Shown here: one piece after another, positions 1-7,695 of the stretch
Layout: every line of letters begins with the position of its first letter
Position numbering within the stretch: the first letter of the stretch is position 1
Source of the DNA: Candidatus Geothermarchaeum rappei
Lineage (GTDB): Archaea > Thermoproteota > Nitrososphaeria > Geothermarchaeales > JDFR-13
Assembly (NCBI GenBank): GCA_002011085.2
Contig: MTMB02000001.1
Location: 1,406,446 to 1,430,445, forward strand
Direction of reading: 5' to 3'
Length of the DNA stretch: 24,000 nt
Notes under the pieces: model-generated
The model's database searches: none
Seen by the model: only the letters and a program-made list of their open reading frames with translations
Told to the model about the DNA's origin: nothing
Translations under genes and position numbers: made by a program

Positions 1-267
1 CTCATAGGGTTATTTCCATCTGGAACTAGGCCACATACATTTGTGTCAACATGGTTCTTCCTACAAGCAGATATGGCTATACTAGCCTGGGGACTTGGAT
101 TGCTAAAGAGGAGGGAGAGGGGATACGGCTATATATTTGTCGTAATGGGGATAGTAAGCCCATTAATTGGATTCCTGATAGACTGGCCTTCAGCGGCTAC
201 TGTAGAGGCGTTTGGCATAGTAGTCATCGATATATGGGTGCTGCTAATGCTCAAAATTTTAAAATAA
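1..267 (+). CDS. Hypothetical small membrane protein, possibly the C-terminal part of a gene running off the left edge
   Basis: Frame 1 is open from nt 1 with no upstream stop. Internal candidate starts are GTG 43 and ATG 73. The translation is hydrophobic, with about 2-3 predicted TM helices (AILAWGLGLL, IFVVMGIVSPLIGFLI, FGIVVIDIWVLLML). No recognisable family motif. Confidence 0.35.
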   Translation, partial: LIGLFPSGTRPHTFVSTWFFLQADMAILAWGLGLLKRRERGYGYIFVVMGIVSPLIGFLIDWPSAATVEAFGIVVIDIWVLLMLKILK

Positions 268-279
268 AAAGAGGTAGGC

Positions 280-1017
280 CTATTTCTCTACAATAAAACC
301 TTGTTTCTCAAGGCAGCGGCATATCAACTTATTCCTAGCCTCATATCTGCCCCCCGCGGAGTAATATCGTTTAAAGCGTCTGATGAACGAGTCTATAGCA
401 CCCGAAGATTCATATGCTTTCATAGCCTCTTCAGCAGCAAACTCCTCCTTTGGATACTGATCTACAAAGAAGATTGCCTCTCTACTTAGCCTCGGACGTT
501 TCTCAGGCCATTCATCAGGAACTCCTATCGTTAAGCCAAATAGTGGATATACGCCTTTGGGAAGACCAAGTATCTTAGATACTTTACACGGGTCATTTTG
601 TATAGCCCCGATATAGCATGTCCCATAGCCTAGGGCCTCCGCTGTCAATACTATGTTCTGTGCGGCAATAGTAGCATCAATAGTGGATACATAGAACATG
701 AATAGGTTGGGCTCTGCTGGGGTAAAACCCAGTTTTTCCATCGCCTTAGCAGCCCGCCTTACATCGGCGACAAATACCCAGAATTCAGCAGCTTCGAGGA
801 TGTGGCTCTGTTGACCAGCTACTTCATACAATGCCTTACGGATATCTGGGTCTATGATTCTCAAGATACTATAGGCCTGTAGATTAACAGAAGAAGGCGC
901 TCTTATCCCGGCTTTCATGAGAAGCTCTATATGCTCACTTGGAATCGGCTTCTTCTTATACTTCCTAATTGTCCTATGGTTATCAATAACCTCCATTACA
1001 TTAGGTAATTCCAACAT
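280..1017 (-). CDS. Nitroreductase-family flavoprotein (NfsA/Frp-like NAD(P)H:FMN oxidoreductase)
   Basis: 245 aa. N-terminal HRTIRKYKKKPIP (the R-x-x-R-x-Y/F FMN-phosphate motif) followed by APSSVNLQAY, and GYGTCYIGAI in the C-terminal half. Size and C-terminal extension are typical of the NfsA/Frp subgroup. Confidence 0.85.
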   Translation of the reverse strand: MLELPNVMEVIDNHRTIRKYKKKPIPSEHIELLMKAGIRAPSSVNLQAYSILRIIDPDIRKALYEVAGQQSHILEAAEFWVFVADVRRAAKAMEKLGFTPAEPNLFMFYVSTIDATIAAQNIVLTAEALGYGTCYIGAIQNDPCKVSKILGLPKGVYPLFGLTIGVPDEWPEKRPRLSREAIFFVDQYPKEEFAAEEAMKAYESSGAIDSFIRRFKRYYSAGGRYEARNKLICRCLEKQGFIVEK

Positions 1018-1118
1018 TCCTCACCTCGATAGGACCTGCTCATAATGTTATAAGCCTTGATCATAATAAATCATAATATACGGCTGAGTGAAGAAAAATT
1101 ATTAAGAGGGGTTCTCAG
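1018..1118. promoter_or_regulatory. Divergent promoter region with three copies of TCATAAT
   Basis: 101-bp AT-rich spacer between the divergent starts at 1017(-) and 1119(+). TCATAAT occurs at 1040-1046, 1061-1067 and 1071-1077, embedded in TATA-like tracts. AAGAGGGG (1104-1111) lies upstream of the TTG start at 1119. Confidence 0.35.
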
Positions 1119-3086
1119 TTGAGAAAGCTAATTGAATCAGTATGCCCACGTGACTGTTATGATACTTGCTTTCTAAAAGCAGAGGCGGAAGAAGGTAGGG
1201 TGATTAGGGTAATCCCAGACGATGCGAATCTCCTTACATCTAGGTTCCTATGTCCACGTGGAAATAAGGATGTTGAAAGGATATATAGTGATAATAGGAT
1301 ATTGACCCCACACATTAGATACTCGAAGCCGGGAGGAGCATTAGAGGAGATTTCTTGGGAGGATGCTTTAGAGATAATATCATCCAAAATAAGAGAGGTA
1401 TTGGATGAATATGGTCCTGAGGCGATACTCAGACTAGATTATTCTGGTAACATGGGTTTATTAAGCAATGTATTCAGCCGTAGACTATGGAAGTATTTAG
1501 GGGCTGCAGAGACGGATTATACAGTATGTAGTGCATCTGGGCACGCTGCTTTGAGGCTCCACTATGGAGACTCATATGGAGTTTTTCCTGAGGATACGCT
1601 AGGTATGAAACTAATGGTTTTCTGGGGCTTCAATGCGAGTGTTAGTGCAATGCATATATGGCATCTAGCAATTAAAAATAGAAAACGAGGAGGAACGATA
1701 GTCTCTATAGATCCGATTAGGACCGTAACAGCTGAGAAATCCGATGTTTTCCTTAGACCAAGGCCCGGTTCAGACGTGACCCTGGCATATGGTGTAATGA
1801 AGGCTTTGATTGAAAAAGACTATATAGACGAGGAATTTATAGAAAGTTATACATATGGATTTGATAAATTAAAGAAGAAGCTTGATACTTTATCCCATGG
1901 CTACATCGAGACTGTCACGGGTATAGAGTGGGAGAGGATAGAAGGGCTCGCCAGGTTATATGGGGAGAGGAAACCCTCTACGACATTCATTGGATTCGGT
2001 GTCCAAAAATCTAGATATGGGGCTGAAGCAGTTAGGGCCATATCCCTAATACCCGCATTAATTGGGATACATAGAGGATTCTATTATTCAAATAGTGGTG
2101 CCTGGATATACGACTCGGAATATCTATCTGGGGCAAAGTTTGTATCCAAGAAACCAAAGGTTGTAAACCAAGTTTCTTTAGGTCGACTGCTGGAAAAAGG
2201 CGAGTTCAAGTTGGTGTATATATATAACACTAATCCTGCTCAGACGCTACCTAATTCACATGCAGTAAGAAGGGGACTATCAAGAGATGATGTCTTCGTT
2301 ATACTCCACGATACCCACTGGAATGAAACCGCGGACTACTCAGATATGATACTTCCAGCAGCTACTTATTTAGAGAAAGAAGATATCGTGTTTTCGTATA
2401 GTCACAGATACACTAGATTATCTCGTAGAGCGATACAGCCATTAGGCGAATCTAGAGACGAAGTATGGGTAATGCAGATGATTGCAAGGTACCTAGGAAT
2501 ACAGGGTTGGGTTTTGGAGGATCCCTGGCATGCATTGGAAAACGCGTTGAGAGACTCATTTGAAGGATGTACTTTCGAGGACATAATGAATGGAAAAATA
2601 TGTAAAATAAAGGTGAAGAAGAGAGATCACTATCCTACACCGACAGGTAAAATAGAGCTATATTCCTTGAAAGCAGAGGAGATGGGAATAAGCCCATTAC
2701 CGACACAGTATCCATTAAAGGGAGATGGATATACACTAATAACATCATCAATACCACGCTATACCCATACCCAGTTCCAAGATGTTTATGGAGGTATACC
2801 AAAGAAGATACTTATAAACCCTTCTGATGCAAATGAACATGGAATAGAGACAGGTGACTTAGTTAGGATATATAATGATAGAGGGGAGATTGTACTGAAG
2901 GCTATCGTATCTGATAGAGTATCTAAGGGGGTGTTATGGGCCCCGAAACTCTGTAATGATATCTTTGGCAGACCAATTAATAGCATAACTTCAGATACGC
3001 CACAGGAGATTGGATCAGGCTCATCATTCAACTCTACGATAGTAAAAATAGAGGGGTATAAGGATGTGACTAACAAGACGCATTAA
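1119..3086 (+). CDS. Molybdopterin (Mo/W-bisPGD, DMSO-reductase superfamily) oxidoreductase catalytic subunit, cytoplasmic, stand-alone
   Basis: 655 aa with a TTG start. N-terminal [4Fe-4S] motif CPRDCYDTC...(27)...CPRG (C-x2-C-x3-C-xn-C). Candidate Mo-ligand Cys in DYTVCSASGHAAL. C-terminal molybdopterin-dinucleotide-binding barrel (INPSDANEHGIETGDLVRIYNDRGEIVLKAIVSDRV). No twin-arginine signal. Confidence 0.9.
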   Translation: MRKLIESVCPRDCYDTCFLKAEAEEGRVIRVIPDDANLLTSRFLCPRGNKDVERIYSDNRILTPHIRYSKPGGALEEISWEDALEIISSKIREVLDEYGPEAILRLDYSGNMGLLSNVFSRRLWKYLGAAETDYTVCSASGHAALRLHYGDSYGVFPEDTLGMKLMVFWGFNASVSAMHIWHLAIKNRKRGGTIVSIDPIRTVTAEKSDVFLRPRPGSDVTLAYGVMKALIEKDYIDEEFIESYTYGFDKLKKKLDTLSHGYIETVTGIEWERIEGLARLYGERKPSTTFIGFGVQKSRYGAEAVRAISLIPALIGIHRGFYYSNSGAWIYDSEYLSGAKFVSKKPKVVNQVSLGRLLEKGEFKLVYIYNTNPAQTLPNSHAVRRGLSRDDVFVILHDTHWNETADYSDMILPAATYLEKEDIVFSYSHRYTRLSRRAIQPLGESRDEVWVMQMIARYLGIQGWVLEDPWHALENALRDSFEGCTFEDIMNGKICKIKVKKRDHYPTPTGKIELYSLKAEEMGISPLPTQYPLKGDGYTLITSSIPRYTHTQFQDVYGGIPKKILINPSDANEHGIETGDLVRIYNDRGEIVLKAIVSDRVSKGVLWAPKLCNDIFGRPINSITSDTPQEIGSGSSFNSTIVKIEGYKDVTNKTH

Positions 3087-4039
3087 CCTTGAATCAATAG
3101 ATAATCACGTATCCGGTCTTTATCAAGCTCCAGTAAAACTCCACGTAAAATACCCTCTGTATACTCGCTACCAGGATTAAAACAGAGGGTTCTACCTATT
3201 TTAGCAACTCCACGGGATTCATGTACATGCCCATGTAGCCCTAGCTTCGGCTGATACTTCTCGATTGCTTCTCTAACAGCTAGGCTACCTACATTAACCA
3301 GCTCATACCCTCCTCCAGGTGTCAATACAGGTTTTAGGGTCTCGTCAAGCCTTGGAGCCATGTCGATATTGGTGCCATATGGAGGTACATGTATATTGAA
3401 TATAGTATTATCAATGTTGTCAACATTGTCAACTAGGTGGTCTATCCTACGAGAAATTTCTTCCTCTTCAAGGTCCCTGATACATCTCCACGGTGTCATA
3501 TTAGAGACTCCTAGGGAAACCATCTCATGGTGATCATCTATAGAGACCACTTGTCCATCTGGGTTTATGACAAGCTCTGATTCGGTAAGGATATGGTCAA
3601 TTACATAGGGATCATCATTACCAGGCATAATGAAGAGCCTTATGTCGGTTTTGGCTAGTTTCTCCTCTACATATTTTATCCATCGCCTCATGGTGTCAGT
3701 TATGAGTGATTCGAAAATTTCATTAAGACGATCTTCATCATTATTTAGGTCTTCAAGCATTGATTCAGACGTGATATACGGATAATATCCCACGGCCCTG
3801 ATTCTATCAATGATGTTTTCAAGGGAGGTTTTACTTGATATCTCAATCTTTTCCCCTAAAAAGGTTGTCTCATATACTCCACTTCCCTTGTCTATAATGG
3901 GGATCAGTCTTTTTCCGGATAGGTCTCCTCCTACAATAACAACTTTAGCCTTGTATATTTTAACACTATTTAAAAGCTTGAGGAATACTCTTTCACTACC
4001 ATGGATATCCGAAGTATAAAATACTCTCGTTCTACTCAT
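3083..4039 (-). CDS. Calcineurin-like metallophosphoesterase
   Basis: 318 aa with the full metallophosphoesterase motif set: SDIHGS (D-x-H), GGDLSGK (GD), MPGNDD (GN-D/H), and HGHVHE (GH-x-H). GGAGGG lies 7 nt upstream of the ATG. Confidence 0.85.
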   Translation of the reverse strand: MSRTRVFYTSDIHGSERVFLKLLNSVKIYKAKVVIVGGDLSGKRLIPIIDKGSGVYETTFLGEKIEISSKTSLENIIDRIRAVGYYPYITSESMLEDLNNDEDRLNEIFESLITDTMRRWIKYVEEKLAKTDIRLFIMPGNDDPYVIDHILTESELVINPDGQVVSIDDHHEMVSLGVSNMTPWRCIRDLEEEEISRRIDHLVDNVDNIDNTIFNIHVPPYGTNIDMAPRLDETLKPVLTPGGGYELVNVGSLAVREAIEKYQPKLGLHGHVHESRGVAKIGRTLCFNPGSEYTEGILRGVLLELDKDRIRDYLLIQG

Positions 4040-4103
4040 CTACATACCCTCCATATCCTAATCCTAAATAATATGTATAAAAAAAAGTTTAGAGGGAGAA
4101 ATG

Positions 4104-5660
4104 TCATGCTGGCGGGATCTCTTTGAATACCAATTCAAGTGGGATACCCTTCTTCTTATGATACAATGAAGAAGCAAAGTAGATGACTAACGCTATGACG
4201 TAGATTCCAATTAGAAAAGCAATGTACTCAGGCACTATTTCACCTACTACAGCGGGAGTAGTTCCTACCCATGCCTGCCATATGCCTATAAAGAAACTCA
4301 GTACACCCAATACTGAGAGAACAGGGACGCCTCCGATCTTCTTCTTAGCAAAAGAGGGAGCAAGCTCAAATAAATCAGGGCGTCTAAATGGAAGTATTAT
4401 TCCTGCTACAGATGCTATTGCTGTTAACACACCCCATCCTAGAACGATAAAAGCGAAGTAGTTTAGATAGGGAGTGTATATCCATAGTGCTTGGAAGAAG
4501 ATTGCAAGTAGTGAGGTTAGTAACAATGCAGTATAAGGTGTTCCAGTTTTGGGATCTACATCGGCGAAGAACGAGGGGATGATCCTATCGAATGCCCACG
4601 CAAATACGAATCTAACTGATGTAAATATGTATACTAGTATGGCAGATAAAGTCATGGCGGAAAAGCCTAGAAAGACCAGTGCAGATATACTGGGGGAGGC
4701 CACTAACTTTATTAGGAAATGGAAGAATGGAGGCATGTCTCCTAATGGATAATTTCCACTAACTACATATAGATACGATAATGCAGCTACAAACTTGTCT
4801 CCAAATCCGATATACGCAGCCATGTACACCAACCAAGTTATGACAGCAAATAAAACTACAGCGCCTATTATCGCGAGCAACTGTGATTTCCTCACTTCCT
4901 TGACCTCTCCAGCTATGTATACCGAGCTATTAAACCCAAGGAAGTTTAGTATTGTAAACATAGAGCCCATTAATGTAGCTGTTAATATAAAGTCTCCTGG
5001 CATACCTTGACTTACTGCATCGTTTATAATAGTTTGATAGTCTAGCCCTGTTTTTTGATTAAATAAAGATGCAAACCCTTCAACTCCTGTCGTTAATAAG
5101 AAGTATAGATAAGTAAGGAACCCCACCAGTATTGTTACGAAGAAAAGCCAGAAGAATATCTTTGTAACCTTTACTCCTCTTGACATCAGTATAGTGATTA
5201 GAATATAATATAAAACTGCAATTCCGAACATGACATTCGGGTCGACCAATGTAGAGGCCAAGTCGGAATAACCAAGGACGTCGAAGAACGGGCCGATTCC
5301 CCACTCGATAAACCATGGGATATACGAGCCGGCTACGGCGAGAAGCACATTCATTAAGAAGAAGGACATCATGAAACCTAATGCAGGATGGAGTAGTCTA
5401 CTTATCCATATATAGTCTCCACCAGTCCTTGGTAATACAGCAGACATGAAAGCATAATATAAGCCTACTACAATGCTGATTGCCATTGCTATCCATACTG
5501 TTAACGGAAGATCTACCCCCGGAAAGAGCCCCATTGCCCAGATGCCGTATACATAGACAGCTGTTGGAGCCATTATAAGGACGTTATAGATAAGGGCGTC
5601 GAAAGCAGAGATCTCTCTAACAAGGCCAGATGCACGTCTAACGTACAGTTTTTCGGCCAT
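4104..5660 (-). CDS. APC-superfamily amino acid/polyamine permease
   Basis: 518 aa and strongly hydrophobic throughout, with about 12-14 TM helices. The N-terminal cytoplasmic segment followed by a Gly-rich TM1 (IMAPTAVYVYG) is typical of APC-fold transporters. The substrate cannot be assigned. Confidence 0.8.
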   Translation of the reverse strand: MAEKLYVRRASGLVREISAFDALIYNVLIMAPTAVYVYGIWAMGLFPGVDLPLTVWIAMAISIVVGLYYAFMSAVLPRTGGDYIWISRLLHPALGFMMSFFLMNVLLAVAGSYIPWFIEWGIGPFFDVLGYSDLASTLVDPNVMFGIAVLYYILITILMSRGVKVTKIFFWLFFVTILVGFLTYLYFLLTTGVEGFASLFNQKTGLDYQTIINDAVSQGMPGDFILTATLMGSMFTILNFLGFNSSVYIAGEVKEVRKSQLLAIIGAVVLFAVITWLVYMAAYIGFGDKFVAALSYLYVVSGNYPLGDMPPFFHFLIKLVASPSISALVFLGFSAMTLSAILVYIFTSVRFVFAWAFDRIIPSFFADVDPKTGTPYTALLLTSLLAIFFQALWIYTPYLNYFAFIVLGWGVLTAIASVAGIILPFRRPDLFELAPSFAKKKIGGVPVLSVLGVLSFFIGIWQAWVGTTPAVVGEIVPEYIAFLIGIYVIALVIYFASSLYHKKKGIPLELVFKEIPPA

Positions 5661-5792
5661 AAAATATAAATTTTACATATTTTTTATATTTAAGTATTTT
5701 AGTATAACATTGTAAAGTCGAGAGGCCAATTTTTATGAAAAAATCTTACTGAGTCTAAGACACTTCTGTTATAAATAGGTCTGTTAAGGTAT

Positions 5793-5834
5793 GTGAAACA
5801 CACTGTTTCACGGAACTGTTATATAATGTTTCAG
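5793..5834. promoter_or_regulatory. Putative operator/promoter: perfect palindrome GTGAAACA-cac-TGTTTCAC, a TATA-like box, and a third half-site
   Basis: The palindrome spans 5793-5811 (8-nt arms, 3-nt spacer). TTATATAAT lies at 5819-5827. A third half-site, TGTTTCAG, lies at 5827-5834. GAGGTGA (5852-5858) and ATG 5864 follow. Confidence 0.4.
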
Positions 5835-5863
5835 TCCTTCTATTGGACACAGAGGTGAATGAT

Positions 5864-6118
5864 ATGAAGAGAATTGAAATGGTAATGATTGTAGGGATCT
5901 TAGCACTGCTGGTGCTTGGATATGGATTAACGACGACATATGCTCATCAGTATACCACGATGAATAGCACAAGTGATGTAGGTGATGACCACGATTATGA
6001 CGAGTGTCCGATGTATGAGGAACATTACGAGGAGATGGAGCTACATCATAGCCAGATGATGGGGCAGTGGGAGTCCCAATATGGACCTAGATATGGCATG
6101 GGTATGGGCGGTTGCTAA
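5864..6118 (+). CDS. Small exported or membrane-anchored Met/His/acidic-rich protein (hypothetical, possible metal binder)
   Basis: 84 aa from ATG 5864, which has GAGGTGA 5 nt upstream. The ORF track starts at TTG 5843. N-terminal hydrophobic anchor or signal IEMVMIVGILALLVLGYGL, then DDHDYDECPMYEEHYEEMELHHSQMMGQWESQYGPRYGMGMGGC. No family recognised. Confidence 0.5.
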   Translation: MKRIEMVMIVGILALLVLGYGLTTTYAHQYTTMNSTSDVGDDHDYDECPMYEEHYEEMELHHSQMMGQWESQYGPRYGMGMGGC

Positions 6119-6682
6119 CTAAGATAACCGCTCATCACTAATTCTTTTTATCAGCCAGTCTTCTAGAATAATCTGGTTTGTATTACCCATAGGCATTTTC
6201 TTTACAATACCACGTTCAATCAACCTAGTTATTACCCTATGTGTTTTTAGCCTACTGAAGCCGGCTTCCCATCTTATATCCCGCTGAAGCATCTTTCCAC
6301 CATTTTTAAGTAGCAGCTCTACAACCAGTCTCTCATCAGGCTTCAAAACCTTTAGAATATCTTCGAATTCAGCCGATCCAAATGTTTCCTGTTGCTGGAC
6401 AGATAATTGGTCTTCAGAGGATTTCAGGACTACTACCCTACCATATAATAATCCAACTATACCTATAATCAGTACACTAGTGAATAGGTATGGAAGAATC
6501 CATATATATGATGGTACAGAATAGCCGGGAGTGGATACCCCCATCATATGCTGCATCATCTCGGTCATTCCACCGAATACCGTTTGGGAGGCGGTATAGA
6601 CTCCAACTAGGTATGCAGAATATGCTAGTCCTATCAACCCGATTATAATTAGTAACAGCGATATTATGTCCTTAGCCTCCAA
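6119..6682 (-). CDS. Membrane-tethered winged-helix (MarR/TrmB-like) transcriptional regulator with two N-terminal TM helices
   Basis: 187 aa. TM1 is IISLLLIIIGLIGLAYSAYLVGVY and TM2 is IWILPYLFTSVLIIGIVGLLYG. They are separated by a 28-aa loop containing GGMTEMMQHMMG. The C-terminal wHTH is LLKNGGKMLQRDIRWEAGFSRLKTHRVITRLIERGIVKK. The architecture resembles archaeal membrane-associated HTH proteins. Confidence 0.6.
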   Translation of the reverse strand: MEAKDIISLLLIIIGLIGLAYSAYLVGVYTASQTVFGGMTEMMQHMMGVSTPGYSVPSYIWILPYLFTSVLIIGIVGLLYGRVVVLKSSEDQLSVQQQETFGSAEFEDILKVLKPDERLVVELLLKNGGKMLQRDIRWEAGFSRLKTHRVITRLIERGIVKKMPMGNTNQIILEDWLIKRISDERLS

Positions 6683-6776
6683 TTATACCACCACACTACT
6701 ATTCCTATACATATTTCTGGATACATTTAAATAATCCATAGAATTTTCTGGAAAGAGTTGATAGAGTATAGTATTT

Positions 6777-6875
6777 TGGTGGGCCCGGTGGGATTTGAAC
6801 CCACGACCCCTCCCCCGGGACTATATCCCGTCCGGGTTATGAGCCCGGTGCTCCGCCAGGCTGAGCTACGGGCCC
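6777..6875 (-). tRNA. tRNA with anticodon CAT (elongator Met or Ile2), with a ~22-nt intron 3' of the anticodon stem and an encoded CCA
   Basis: The reverse complement reads GGGCCCG-TA-GCTC-AGCCTGGCG-GAGC-A-CCGGG-CTCATAA-CCCGG-[27 nt]-GTGGG-TTCAAAT-CCCAC-CGGGCCC-A-CCA. The acceptor, D, anticodon and T arms all pair. The 27-nt block (6805-6831) must yield a 5-nt variable loop, leaving about 22 nt of intron. Confidence 0.85.
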
Positions 6876-6921
6876 GAGTATGAACTCCTCCACTATAATT
6901 CTATTGTCCACCTAATACTAT

Positions 6922-7695
6922 TTATATTTTTGAAAAGTGTAGTAGTGCGATTAGAGACTCTGAACTAATATAACTAGATGCTAGATATACTACTATAACT
7001 AGGCCTAAATTTACCAAGAAATAGACGATATCTCTCATTGATAATTTCAGGGCTACATAATGAATCCTCTTAATATTCGGATCTACTCCACGTATCTCCA
7101 GTGACTCAGCCACCTCTATGCTTCTCTTTATACTCAATATTATAATTGGAATCAGTATAGGAACATACTTTCTAATCCTTGCAAAAAAGTTTCCCTGATC
7201 GAGTTTCAAACCCCTAGATAGCTGTGCCTCCACAATCTCGTTCACCTGCTCCGCCATAGTTGGGATGAAGCGTAGGGCAAGAGAGAAGGATAAGGAAACT
7301 GTTAATGGAAGACGGAGGCTTTCAAGTGTCAATGCAAAGTCATCTGGATCAGTGGTTAAGAAAAACAGATCCATAATTGCTAGGAAAAGAAGGAACCTAA
7401 ATACTGGAACTAAGCTAGCAGACACGCTGCCTAGGGATAGGTAGTTTAGGATTAGTATTAAAACTAGAAACGGTGTTAAGGTTAAGAGTCCTTTAGCGAA
7501 CTTTCTCAACGCTCGACCAATAGCTAGTTGACTCAGGATGATTATCAGAATTATCAGGAGATGCATTATATCGCTAAGGATGATCGTCAACACTAGATAT
7601 ATGAATATTGTGGCCAACTTACTTCTGGGATCTATGTGATGTAGAGGGGTATTTAGCGACTCATATTTGAAGAGCTCATGTATATTCCGCATCAT
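6922..7695 (-). CDS. ecfT: ECF transporter transmembrane (T) component
   Basis: 257 aa polytopic membrane protein. It carries the two Arg-Gly coupling-helix motifs (EAQLSRGL and ESLEIRGV). It overlaps the upstream ATPase gene by 4 nt. Confidence 0.85.
   Translation of the reverse strand: MMRNIHELFKYESLNTPLHHIDPRSKLATIFIYLVLTIILSDIMHLLIILIIILSQLAIGRALRKFAKGLLTLTPFLVLILILNYLSLGSVSASLVPVFRFLLFLAIMDLFFLTTDPDDFALTLESLRLPLTVSLSFSLALRFIPTMAEQVNEIVEAQLSRGLKLDQGNFFARIRKYVPILIPIIILSIKRSIEVAESLEIRGVDPNIKRIHYVALKLSMRDIVYFLVNLGLVIVVYLASSYISSESLIALLHFSKI

Noticed and set aside
51-296. 81-aa ORF overlapping the 1-267 membrane-protein frame
   Set aside because: It overlaps a frame that is open from the window edge and encodes clean TM helices. 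Its own translation is non-hydrophobic and has no motifs or RBS. It would also run into the 3' end of the nitroreductase gene.
3021-3027. ATGATGA (C-box-like) on the minus strand, just downstream of the metallophosphoesterase stop. Other TGATGA hits lie at 3611, 3737, 5981, 6133, 14497, 16605, 19846 and 21066.
   Set aside because: For each hit I looked for CTGA at about 12 nt and about 40-50 nt downstream. None has the full C/D'/C'/D arrangement. All lie within coding sequence, where Asp/Glu/Met codons generate the motif.
6714-6752. Direct repeat TTTCTGGA x2 (6714-6721 and 6745-6752), upstream of the wHTH regulator gene and downstream of the tRNA
   Set aside because: There are only two 8-mers, spaced 31 bp apart in AT-rich DNA, with no dyad symmetry and no relation to the 5793-5811 palindrome. 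This is too weak to call an operator, though it could be revisited if the regulator is shown to autoregulate.
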